Shown piece after piece: positions 12,086-22,200 of a stretch of DNA of 64,000 bases (its first letter is position 1; every line of letters begins with the position of its first letter). Position numbers and translations under genes: made by a program. Below the pieces are notes generated by a model. That model ran no database searches. It saw only the letters and a list, made by a program, of their open reading frames with translations, and had not been told where the DNA came from. The DNA lies in assembly GCF_000143415.4 (NCBI RefSeq), contig NW_003314264.1, positions 3,109,710 through 3,173,709 of the forward strand, in the 5' to 3' direction. Source of the stretch: Selaginella moellendorffii. Lineage: Eukaryota; Plantae; Lycopodiophyta.

Positions 12086-12869
12086 CTAACCTCCCACGCC
12101 ATAGCTGTAGACATCCGACGCGGGCGTGAACTTGTACGTGACCCCGACCTCGGGCGCGATGTATCCCAGCGTCCCCGCGAGCGTGGTGGTGCGTGAGCTC
12201 ACGTCATGGCTGGCTGTGCGCACGAGGCCAAAGTCGCCCAGCCTCGCGCGAAACTCGTCGTCCGGCATCACGTTGCTGCATTTCACGTCGCGGTGGATGT
12301 GCTCCCAGTCCTCGTGGAGGTAGATGAGCGCGGCGGCGAGGCCCGAGAGGATCCGGAGTCGCGCGTCCCAGAGGAGGAGCAGCGCGTCACCTTTGTGGAA
12401 GAGCGCCGACTCGACGCTCCCCTGGGGCATGTAGTCGTAGACGAGGACGAGCTCGCGGTGGTCGCGCACGCAGTGCCAACCGCGGAGAGGGACAAGGTTG
12501 CGGTGGCTGAGCTTGCTGATGATCTGGAGCTCCGCCAGGAACTCGCGCTCGCCCTGGTGCGAGTCCCGCGCCATCGTCTTGATGGCCACCGGGGAGTTCT
12601 CGCCGGGGAGGATGCCACGGTAGAAGGTTGTGCTCGCTAAACTCTTGGGTGGCGGCGGTGAGCTGCGCTTAGGGGATCTCGTGTGGCAGCGGCACAAGGT
12701 CCTTGGACGAGCTCTTCTTCTTCTTCTTCTTCTCGGATGGGAAGCCAAGTTTGCTCCAGGGAATTTTAACAAGCCAGCTGACGACCGCGAGGAGCAGCAA
12801 CGCGGCCAGGAGCGCCAGGAGCGCCAGGAGTGATGCAGTGACGATGAAGTAAACCTTGAATCGATCTTT
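12086..12869 (-). pseudogene. Decayed TM/kinase half of duplicated LecRK
   Basis: Lies after premature TAG; 26-nt deletion of the Gly-rich loop near 12625, small indels, loss of C-terminal kinase segment. Confidence 0.88.
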
Positions 12870-13715
12870 CTACTTTCCACCATCGACCACTGTCACTGGT
12901 GATGGAGAAGGAATCCTCTCCAATCTGCTCGAGAAGTTCCAGGACAGGATCCGGTGGAAGTCGAGGTTGGCGCTGCCAGAGCCGGCAGAGAAGCCCACGT
13001 ACGAGACATCGCTGACATAGGCGCACAAGTTGACGCTTTGCTCCAGCACCGGGTCGCCCAAGTTCCGGAATGATGGGTCGGAGGAGACGAACACTCGCAG
13101 CCTCTGCACGGCGGCCTCGTAGTCGATCCTCGCCGCGACGGCACCGCTGCCAAGAGAGATTCTCCGCGGATAGAGCGAGCTCGAGTTCACGGACAGGATC
13201 CCGTTGATGTCGAGGCCGACGTGGTTGTCATCGATGTCCTGGAACTCGGGATAGACTGGTGGAAAGTTCATGAAAGTGTCGAATTCCACCGCGACGATGC
13301 GGTTGCTCGCGCGGCCATTCGCGGAGGGATCGAACAAGCCCAGCCAGCGGCCATAGCCAGCGGAGGAGGTGGGGACGAGGTTAGGGGCGATAGTGAAGGC
13401 CAGGCCATCGGCATTGACCAGTGTGGAGTCGTTCTTGGTGATGGCGAAGACGAACTCGGTGGAGAAGGAGGCGGCGGCGCTGGCGGATGTGTTGCAAAGC
13501 TGGATCTCCTGCTGCTTCATGATCCTGCCATAGCTCGACAGGCGATTGCCGGTGAGCCGGAGCTCGTCATTGTTGAAGGTCGCGTCACCAGTGGCCACAA
13601 AATCGTTGCGTGCCAGGCCCGAGAAGCTGCTGTATGTGAAACTTACATGATCATCAAGCGCTGCTATTGCGTCTAGTGCCACGATCGAAAACGCGATCGC
13701 CAGAGCTTTGGCCAT
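12870..13715 (-). CDS. Signal peptide + intact legume-lectin domain only (281 aa), truncated LecRK paralog; candidate secreted lectin or pseudogene
   Basis: ATG retained at 13715; open frame through the whole lectin domain; AAG>TAG just before the TM helix. Confidence 0.55.
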   Translation of the reverse strand: MAKALAIAFSIVALDAIAALDDHVSFTYSSFSGLARNDFVATGDATFNNDELRLTGNRLSSYGRIMKQQEIQLCNTSASAAASFSTEFVFAITKNDSTLVNADGLAFTIAPNLVPTSSAGYGRWLGLFDPSANGRASNRIVAVEFDTFMNFPPVYPEFQDIDDNHVGLDINGILSVNSSSLYPRRISLGSGAVAARIDYEAAVQRLRVFVSSDPSFRNLGDPVLEQSVNLCAYVSDVSYVGFSAGSGSANLDFHRILSWNFSSRLERIPSPSPVTVVDGGK

Positions 13716-14124
13716 CGGACCAACCAACGCTAGAAGAGCTAGACCGTGGAGCTTTTAACCAGTGAGCCAGCAAGAGCTGCAATACTTTGAAGGAGGTCCT
13801 GGGTTCAATGCGCGGCTTGTCCAAGTCCATTTTCCATCTTCTAGGCTGACAGGATAGTTTCCAACGCGGAGGAGGCTGCCACAGCACGGCGCTGGGTCCC
13901 AGGATCCTCCAGACCGCGTACTCAGCCAACAGCCACGCAGATGTGGACTTCAAGTATGCTTGGATGCTGAAACATTCATTGTTTCAGGTCAGGAGCTGGA
14001 AAATCTTCTAACTAACCTTCTACTTATATTGGGCACTTGAACAATTTTCTATGAATATTCAAGGATCGAGTACAACACTTGGATCCCGCTGCCACATGAA
14101 ATCCCTTACGAACCTTTTTGAGTT

Positions 14125-14430
14125 AGTGAGCAATCTGTTAATAACACTTTCGGTGGACAATGTTTGGCCCATACTCATCGTAGTCTCCCTTGGTGAGATG
14201 CTGGTTTTGAGGGAACACCACCTTGGCGAGGATGGTGCCGCCAATCCATGCCAAGTATTGCAGCGTCTGCTCTGGCATGTACTCTGGAGGCTGCGAAAGA
14301 GGAAGAGAATGAGAAAGACGAAAGCCAAAAAAGTTTCATTGAGGGAGTTCCTTGAAGAGAGAAAGTGAGCTTCAAAACCTGGGAAGTGCTTGGAAGGTGA
14401 GTTAGGAAAGAACAAAGATTAAATCTTGCT
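14125..14430 (-). pseudogene. ARP7 3' fragment, frameshifted
   Basis: Copy of ~6920-7270 with indels. Confidence 0.85.
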
Positions 14431-15795
14431 TTACCAAGCTTGCATCTCTGTGAGCCTCTATTATTCTCTCACCTTAATAAGATGAACTTACAAGACCCCG
14501 CACTTCTTCTTTTCTGCCTTCTTCGTCTTCTCGCAGGGATTATTGTTGTGTGAGAGCGACAGGCATATTCTAAGGGTGATTACGTGGCCGGCTGTGATTG
14601 GAGGGCATCTCAGGTCAGTAAGAAGCCACGATAAGGGCCATCCCGCCATCCAGGCCCACGTGGTGTCTACCAGCTCCAACTTCGTCAAACCAACCAAGAG
14701 TCAAGTCAATGCGTAGAAACAATAGTATCACAAGAGATGTGAAATGTGCTCCGGGAGTTACAATCGCCAAAGAAAAGGCAACGAGAAGAGGATCTAGGCA
14801 AGAAGGTAAACATACATAAAAAGGTGGCCAGGAATCAAGCTCACGTTAGCAGACCTAGGATTGTTGGCAAGAACTTTTCTATGGAGAGATTCATTTGCAG
14901 GTGATCGTGCCTCAAGTCTAAGGGAGGAACAAGATCTGCCTTTTGCTTCCACCTGAACTTCTGTTCCACTTGATATGAGTTTGCAGACCGATGCATCTCA
15001 TTGTTGTCATGATCACTCTTGTTGTCGTCATCTATGACAATAATTGGCAGCTTTGCCTTGAGCTGTTTAAGGATCATATATTCTATCAATGTATCTAAAT
15101 CATATGAGAATGGGTATGTCTTTGCCTTAATTATTGATCAATCTCCAGCTTTTCTTCTCTTCTTGCCCACCTCAATCATTCTCCTTTAGCATTTCTTCTC
15201 TTCCCTATGTGGTGTGGCTGAATGACAAAAGCATTTGTGGTGGGTGAGAAGAAGAGATTGATTGATGTGGGCGAAACTGAAAGAGAAAGTGTGAAGTGAT
15301 CAATGTGGGCAATTTATTTTAATGATGATGCAATCCAACAATTGTATCATCTCCGTCATAAGTCATTTAAATTAATAATGCAATTTAATTCTTGTTTCGT
15401 TGTGTCTTGCACTAGCTACCCTTGTATATTAAGACTAATCCCTCAATATATACACTAATGAATCTTGTTTCAGAACACTCTGTAAGATTAACCACATATA
15501 TTAAAAGCTCACAATTCCCAACCTTGTTTATAGAGAAGAATCTCACAAACATTTAATCTTTTATATACTATTTACATGGTCCTGTAATGCCCACCATGAA
15601 GCATGATTTAAAAGATTTAAAAATGTTGATTTAAAGAAGATTGTCGTTATAATGCTCCCAAACACCAGTGTTATGTCCACTGAGTCATGTCTTCCTGCTC
15701 TTCAATCAAATGCCGTCAATGCACGCTACCGAAGTCAACGGCAACAAATCTCGAGTTTAAATTGATAATAGCTGAAGACACGAAATAGTAAAGGT

Positions 15796-16809
15796 TCATA
15801 GATCAATGTCAAGGCAGAAACGAGCACTATAGCGGGCTTCCAAGCTAGCAAGCTTTATCTGGAAATCTCGCTCCAGCTCGAACCTACGCTGCGCGCGCTG
15901 GGGATCCAATCCTTCCCTTGGCGCGGCGCTCGAACCCACGAACTTTAACAATGGGCACCGCTTCATCAACTCTTCGATCACATTTATGATAGCGCTGCCA
16001 TTTCTCTGCTGGATCCCAAGGATCTTCATCTCGAGCACGCCAAGCTTCTTTAGGTGATGGCAGTTGGAGTAAACACCATTCTGGAACAGAAAAGCAGCAA
16101 AATCTCCAGTGCTAAGTATACGAGAGCTTTGTACCTTGGAGTCCTTGAAAACAGGAGACCGGAGTCTTGTAAATCTCTCCATGAGAGAAAAGGAGAGCCA
16201 CTCTCCCTCAATAATCAAAACATCTGCTGGATCAAACCCAGATATGCTGAGCATATGGACACGCTCCAACTCTGTCGTCGAAGCTACGAACATATGGACA
16301 TGCTCCAACTCTGTCGGAGCTACGGCCGCAATGACTTCCGTGTAAGCGCTTGAGACTGGGCGCATCCAAATGGATGCGTGAGAGAGGGCGGTTATGTCGA
16401 AAAGCAGCTGTAGATCCTTCGTGGTATCCCCAAAGCTCAGGCTTGAGTAGATATCCATCACCTTGAGCTTGCAATGATCTCAGCCACAGTCCATCGGTGA
16501 GGCCGGTGATACAAATCACCGTCAAGTTGCACGCACTCGCGCAGATCACCCACGCACTGATAGCAGCCCCAAGCTTTCGAGCGATAGCAGCCCCAAGCTT
16601 TCGAGCGATCAATGTTGCTAGTACGCAACACAATGAGTAGGTTTGCGCCCTGGATAGCTGCTGCGACAGTGCCTCTTGAGTCTTGACAGATCCTGGATGA
16701 TCATCGACGCTACCTGGAACTGGCTCGATGTTGCGACCATGCGGTGGAGAAAGCTGACCACCACATCGTCCGGGAGGAGCGCGAAAGGATCCGGCACGGG
16801 CACCGCCAT
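15796..16809 (-). pseudogene. F-box (FBD/LRR-like) gene, apparently frameshifted
   Basis: Start MAVPVPDPFALLPDDVVVSFL (F-box-like); coding-like sequence continues in three different frames; 24-nt tandem duplication near 16560-16609. Confidence 0.5.
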
Positions 16810-16861
16810 AAATAATCTCCTTCTGCGGTGGAAGTAATCCAAAGATCAAAGATAAGAGCAT

Positions 16862-16878
16862 AAACCCTAAACCCTAAA
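16862..16878. promoter_or_regulatory. Tandem telobox AAACCCTAAACCCTAAA
   Basis: Exact motif about 55 nt upstream of the F-box ATG, overlapping the SGF11 stop. Confidence 0.55.
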
Positions 16879-17499
16879 CTTTCAAAATTAAAGATGGATC
16901 TTCCTCGTTGGAATCCTTTACGTGATTCGCACTGCCGCTGCTCTTGCTGCTCTTGCTGTTGCCCGATCCAGGCCTTCGTTGCTGCCCGGCATTCGAAACG
17001 TTCTTGTTCGCCGCGGCTCGCGTCCTCCGGCCCTGTGGAATCAAGAGCGCGAACCAAACTATCATCACAAGCACGAATGCGCGATCGCCGACAGTACCTT
17101 GCCCAGGCACTTCTCGAGATGAGGAGCAAATCGCCCAGCGGCGACGGAGCGGCCGCAATTCATGCACTGGAGCTGCTGGCTCGCGATCGCGGGATGCGAT
17201 TGCCCAAACATATCCACCACATACTTCTCTCCTCCTCCTCTCTCGCTCCCAGCACTGCCACTCTCCGCCAAGCTCCTGGCCTGCGATGACAGCCGGAGCT
17301 CCTCCTCCTCGCCCATCTCAATCCTCGGATCAAATCCCAGCCGCGCGGCCCGGTGCGCCTCGGCAGCCACATCCACGATGAGCGAATCCAGAATTTCCGC
17401 AAAGATCGCGGCCTCCTGCAACGATTTCAATCAAAGCTTCCACGATCGACACGCGCCTACCTGAGCTGGAAATCTGGAAGACGAAGAATCACTGTCCAT
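16874..17499 (-). CDS. SGF11: SAGA deubiquitination-module subunit SGF11, 3 exons
   Basis: IFAEILDSLIVDVAAEAHRAARLG and zinc finger CMNCGRSVAAGRFAPHLEKCLGK/GR; in-phase short introns. Confidence 0.9.
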
Positions 17500-17531
17500 G
17501 GAAGTCCATCACGAGCCCTAAAAATCCTGCT

Positions 17532-19205
17532 TTAAGCTCCTGTCAAAACATGAGGAGGTTGATCGATCATCCTCAACGCCCGCTTGAGCCCGCGGTACGT
17601 CCGCGCGTCCGGCACGAATCCACACTCGCTCATCTCGCGAAACATCCCATACGCCTCCTCGTTCCGGTCGACCATCGACAGCCCCCAGATCATGGTGTTG
17701 TAAGTGACAACGTTTGGCCGGCACGCCATCTCCCTCATCACCTTGCCTCCCTCGTCCACTCGGCTCGCCCGGCAGTAGCCCCCGATGAGCGCGCTGTAAG
17801 TCACCACATTCGGCGAGCACTTGTTCGCGACCAGCTCGCGGAAGATCTCGTGCGCGTCGTCCACCCGGCCCACCTTGCACAGCTTGTCGATCACCACCGT
17901 GTACGTGACCACGTCCGGGATGCATCCCTGCGAAACCATCCTCCGGAGCAGCCCCAGCGCCGAGTCGAGGCGGCCGGCGGCCGAGAAGCCGAGGACGAGC
18001 GGAGTGTAGGCGACGAGGTCCGGCCGGCATCCCTCCGAGACCATCCTGTCCAGGAGCTGCTGCGCCTCGTCGAGCTGGTCCGACTTGCACAGCCCGTCGA
18101 TGACGACGCTGTAGGTGACGAGGTTGGGGTGGAAGTCGCGGTCGATCATCTCGTTGAACACCTCGAGCGCGTCGGCGAGGCGGCGCGCGCGGCACAGCCC
18201 GGTGATGATGGCGTTGAAGCTCACCAGCGTGGGGACGTAGCCCTCCTCGGTCATCTGCGTGAAGGTGGCGAGCGCCTCGTCGACGCGGCCGAGCTGGAAG
18301 AGCGCCGCCATGAGCGTGTTGTACGTGACCACGTCCGGCGCGAAGTCGCGCTTGCGGGCCTCGGTGATGACGGCCCGCGCGGCGTCCAGCCGGTCCTGCT
18401 TGCACAGCCCGTCCACCAGCGCGTTGTACGTGAATGCGTTTGGGCGGCACCCCCCCGCGGCCACCATCTTCCGGAAGAGATCGAAGGCGGCGTCGACGCG
18501 GCCGAGCTTGCACAGCCCGTTGATGAGCGTGGTGTAGGAGACTACGTCCGGCTGCGCGTGCGCGAGCTCCAGGGAGGCGTCGAAGTGCTCCAGCGCCTGG
18601 GCGACGCGGCCGCAGCGGCACAGCCCCTGGAGGATGATGCTGGTGGTGCGATCGTTGCACTGCATGCCCTCCACGTCCATCTCCCGGAGCAGCGAGAAGG
18701 CCGCGTCCAGGTCGCTGGCGTTGCAGAAGCCGCGGATGAGGACGTTGTATGTGACGCTCGAGGCCGGGAGCTGGCATGGGTTCTCGCGGAAGAGCTGCAG
18801 CGCCTGGTTGTGGCTGCCGGCGCGGACCATCGCGGCCAGGAGCGTGTTCCAGGTGAAGGTGTTGTGGAGGAAGCGCGGCTGTTGCTGCGACCACCGGAAG
18901 AAGCGCAGCGCGAGGGACGAGGAGGTGAGCTCGCGGAGGACTCTGGTGACGGTGCGTGGCGTGAGGTTCGTGGAGGACTCGCCCAGAGCTGCGTAGTTGC
19001 CCGCCACCTGGGACTCCTCCATGAGCTTCACGAGGGCCTCTTCCTCGCCGCTTCTGCCGTTTCTGCTGCCACCATTGTTGCCACCATTGCCATTGCTCCC
19101 GTTCTTGCCGTTCTTGTGAGCGCCATTTGCTGCTGTTCTTCTGATCACTTCCACCACTCCGCCGCTGCCACCGTTGCCGCTGCTGCTGCTGAACCTCCTC
19201 CGCAT
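17532..19205 (-). CDS. P-class pentatricopeptide repeat protein
   Basis: About 12 tandem 35-aa motifs (PDVVSYTTLINGLCKLGRVDAA...); intronless; Arg/Ser-rich N-terminus. Confidence 0.93.
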   Translation of the reverse strand: MRRRFSSSSGNGGSGGVVEVIRRTAANGAHKNGKNGSNGNGGNNGGSRNGRSGEEEALVKLMEESQVAGNYAALGESSTNLTPRTVTRVLRELTSSSLALRFFRWSQQQPRFLHNTFTWNTLLAAMVRAGSHNQALQLFRENPCQLPASSVTYNVLIRGFCNASDLDAAFSLLREMDVEGMQCNDRTTSIILQGLCRCGRVAQALEHFDASLELAHAQPDVVSYTTLINGLCKLGRVDAAFDLFRKMVAAGGCRPNAFTYNALVDGLCKQDRLDAARAVITEARKRDFAPDVVTYNTLMAALFQLGRVDEALATFTQMTEEGYVPTLVSFNAIITGLCRARRLADALEVFNEMIDRDFHPNLVTYSVVIDGLCKSDQLDEAQQLLDRMVSEGCRPDLVAYTPLVLGFSAAGRLDSALGLLRRMVSQGCIPDVVTYTVVIDKLCKVGRVDDAHEIFRELVANKCSPNVVTYSALIGGYCRASRVDEGGKVMREMACRPNVVTYNTMIWGLSMVDRNEEAYGMFREMSECGFVPDARTYRGLKRALRMIDQPPHVLTGA

Positions 19206-19230
19206 TTCGACCTAGTCCTTTGTCGATAAT

Positions 19231-22200
19231 TCACTGCTTGTTGAGCTCGCTTCTTCTTAGCGACCTCGTTGTGATTGTAGCTTTCGCCTCGATCTTGAAG
19301 CGAGCTCTGTAATGTCTAGGAAGAACGGACCTTTTGCTCTTGGGCCACTTTGTGATCCACAGCGCTCCCAGATCCTTTTGCGCTGTATCCTCGCTAGATC
19401 CTGGGCAAACAAAACAAGTACGGGAATTTAGACCCAAAAAAACTAATGAGAACCAGTTACCTTGAATTTGTAGCAATGTGTTATGTACATGGTTGTCCCT
19501 CTCGTGAGGCTGGGGACGAGGACGTCTCGAGAATGTACGTGTAGGTGATTTAACCGCAGCGTCTCTACTGCTTTGAGCCGCCTGTTGTTCAATCCAATCC
19601 ATCTCTTCGTCTTGCACGCTCCGACCATTCCTCTTTGGCTGCTCTCGTTTGTCTTGAAGAGAACTCGAGCTCTCCAAAGGCTTGTTGCTTTTCATCTCAG
19701 GCTTCCGAAGTGACTTCAAGCCATGAGCTATCCACGAGGAAGATTTCACCTGTAGCAATTGAAGCGAGTGAGATGGAGCTGAGGGAGTTCCAAACTTGAG
19801 CTTACCAGCCGATTGGATCTTGTTTTTGCAACTACGACTGGCCTTGTTATCTCCACACTGAAAACACAAACGTGGATATATAAAAAAAATGTTGTTGCAA
19901 GGCATAAAAATTTACGTACACTTGGTGATCCTCACTCGATTCGGGAGAGCTGGCTGGAGCTCGCCTTGTGTGCAAGACTTTCGGAGCCGAGGACGATTTG
20001 CTAGCAGAAAACCGACTAGGTACCTTTGCAGGCTGTCGATTTGTTTCCAATGCTTTCTCAGGTTGTAGACCGGGCACCTTTGCAGGCTGTCGATTTGCTT
20101 CCAATGCTTTCTCAGCTTGTAGACTAGGCTGTCGATTTGTTTCCAACGCTTTCTCTGGTTGTAATTTCCGTTCCGAACGGTGGTGAGCCCTTCTTGACAT
20201 TGGTTTTGCCAACACTTTTTCGTCATCGGTTTTCTCCGCACTCGATTCTTCACCTAAGAGAGACTGGTAGGCCAATTCCTCTGCAAGGATAGAAAGATTA
20301 TAAGAAGAGACAGAGGGTACTGACTATTACCTGCAACAGGTGTCAATTTTCGCCCGCATTCTAGCCAAGTCAGAGGCTTTTGCAAGACACTTGAACCCGG
20401 AAAAGTCACGATGTTCAGCTCCATAAGTTGGATTCCCTGAGCAGCAGTCAGTTTTTGGAACCCGAAAGCGCTTGTCCATGTTTCTATAAACTCTGCGATC
20501 GCCGGAAGGACTAGTGTTTGAACTTCCAAGGTATGGAGAACCTTTCACATTATTTAGCACAGTAAGCTACTAAGACACCTAAACACTGAAGCAGGCTTAC
20601 TTGTTGAATGACATTTATGAGGCGCCGACACATTCCCTGTTTTCGATATTGAGACCGGGTTCCAATGAAAGGTATTTCCGCAGCGTGAGATCCATGGACT
20701 CTGGTCACTCAAATTGTCACTCTTAACCCCTTCAAGTTTGACTTGACTCACCTCATGGACGCAACGGAGATCAACTCCTGCTCTTTCTCTAATACCACAG
20801 TATAAAAGCCACGAAAATCCATACGCTTGTCTTCACCTCTGTACAAAGAGCGGCGAGTTAAAGGACCGACCAGAAAAGAGGATTTCAGTCACCTTCGGTT
20901 ATAAAGGATGTGAGAAACCATGTCTATATTTGATCGAGGGTCAATCATCGGTCGAAAGCACTCTTGAATGACGGTGAGAGCAAGCGCCAGCCGTGTATTT
21001 AAATCTGCAACACTTTCCAACTTGGAGTTCTCTTCGGATTGATCATAATGTTCTGAGCGTAACAGCGTCCAGGAGTACATGTCATCCACTTTGTTTACCC
21101 TCCCAACCAGTTTCCTCAAGCCTCGAAAAATCTGTTACTCAAACCATGAAATGAAACGATAAATATTTTTTAGAAAGAGCATACCTTTAAGCACTTTCGA
21201 CTGCAGAACTGGTTATCACTAGATTCGTACTTCATTGCACTGCCAGGAACACAGTTGGAATGATCTGAAAAACACTAACGTGTTAGCTATCGACGCAAAC
21301 TTTTTCAATTCTACTCACATTCGCGCTCGCACTGATCACAGTACAGGATCTCGGTTTGGATGGTCGGATCGTATAAGCTGCGGCCACAGCTTGCACAGCA
21401 ACACCTGGGACAGAACCAATCGCCTTCGGGAACATTCTGTCACAAATAAAACAGTTGGAGCAACTGGCGAGTGACTGATTGCGTACCTCTAGACGAAGAC
21501 ATTTCAGGTGAAATGTTGATGGACAGTGATCACAACAGACGAGTTGACCACCATCCCCACACACTGCGCAAGTGTCGTCGTTCTCATCCATTTCAACGTC
21601 ATCAACCACGAGCTCTGACTCTTTTAATTCCATCGCCTTCAGAGCCGCTAACTGGCAGTCTAGGATAGACCTCCCGTCAGGCAAACGCATTTGGGAGGCT
21701 CCTCCTGTGGCGTCAGCATGCGCCTGAAAGCTAGAAACTGAAAAGTTCTTCTTGCAACAGTTGCACAGTATTCCGTCGCTCGTAACAATTCCACTGTGTA
21801 TGAGGTTTGTGTCCGAGTTCACTAACTGGACCTTCTCACCCTCATTGAGAACTGCCATGTCGATCAACCAGGAGAAAAGTGTCATGCGTTTGATGAAGCT
21901 TACTTCAGCGTCCTCTTCTTGCCTCGGCCTTGTAGGTGTAGATAAAACAGCCTCCAATCGACAACCTGTTCTTGACCTCCCATTCCTGTTCTCATTATTC
22001 CCTTTTTTTGTTAGCTTTTTCTGCTTCGCGGTCTCTTCTACACTGTCCTCTCTAACTTTCCGAGTCCTGTGCCAAGATACGATCTGACTAGCCTCCTTCC
22101 CAGAGCGAGGAAGAAAACCATAATCACCTCTGGCAATGAGCTGAAGATGAGAAAGCTTCACACGGTCTTTTGCAGGCTTAGCGTGCTTGTTCCGGCGCAA

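Larger units (their letters stand above)
11590..14754. repeat. Tandem segmental duplicate of 4166-11582 with internal deletions
   Basis: Colinear near-identical copies of F-box 3' end, LecRK, ARP7 3' end and COP1 upstream region; about 4 kb (7271-11239 equivalent) missing at ~14430. Confidence 0.93.

Noticed and set aside
14841-15250. Degraded coding-like sequence
   Set aside because: No recognisable family motif; multiple stops
17550-19229. 559-aa + strand ORF and 458-aa alternate-frame ORF over the PPR gene
   Set aside because: Shadow ORFs of a GC3-rich CDS with no motifs; the same applies to 4730-5848, 47058-48119 and 30528-31283
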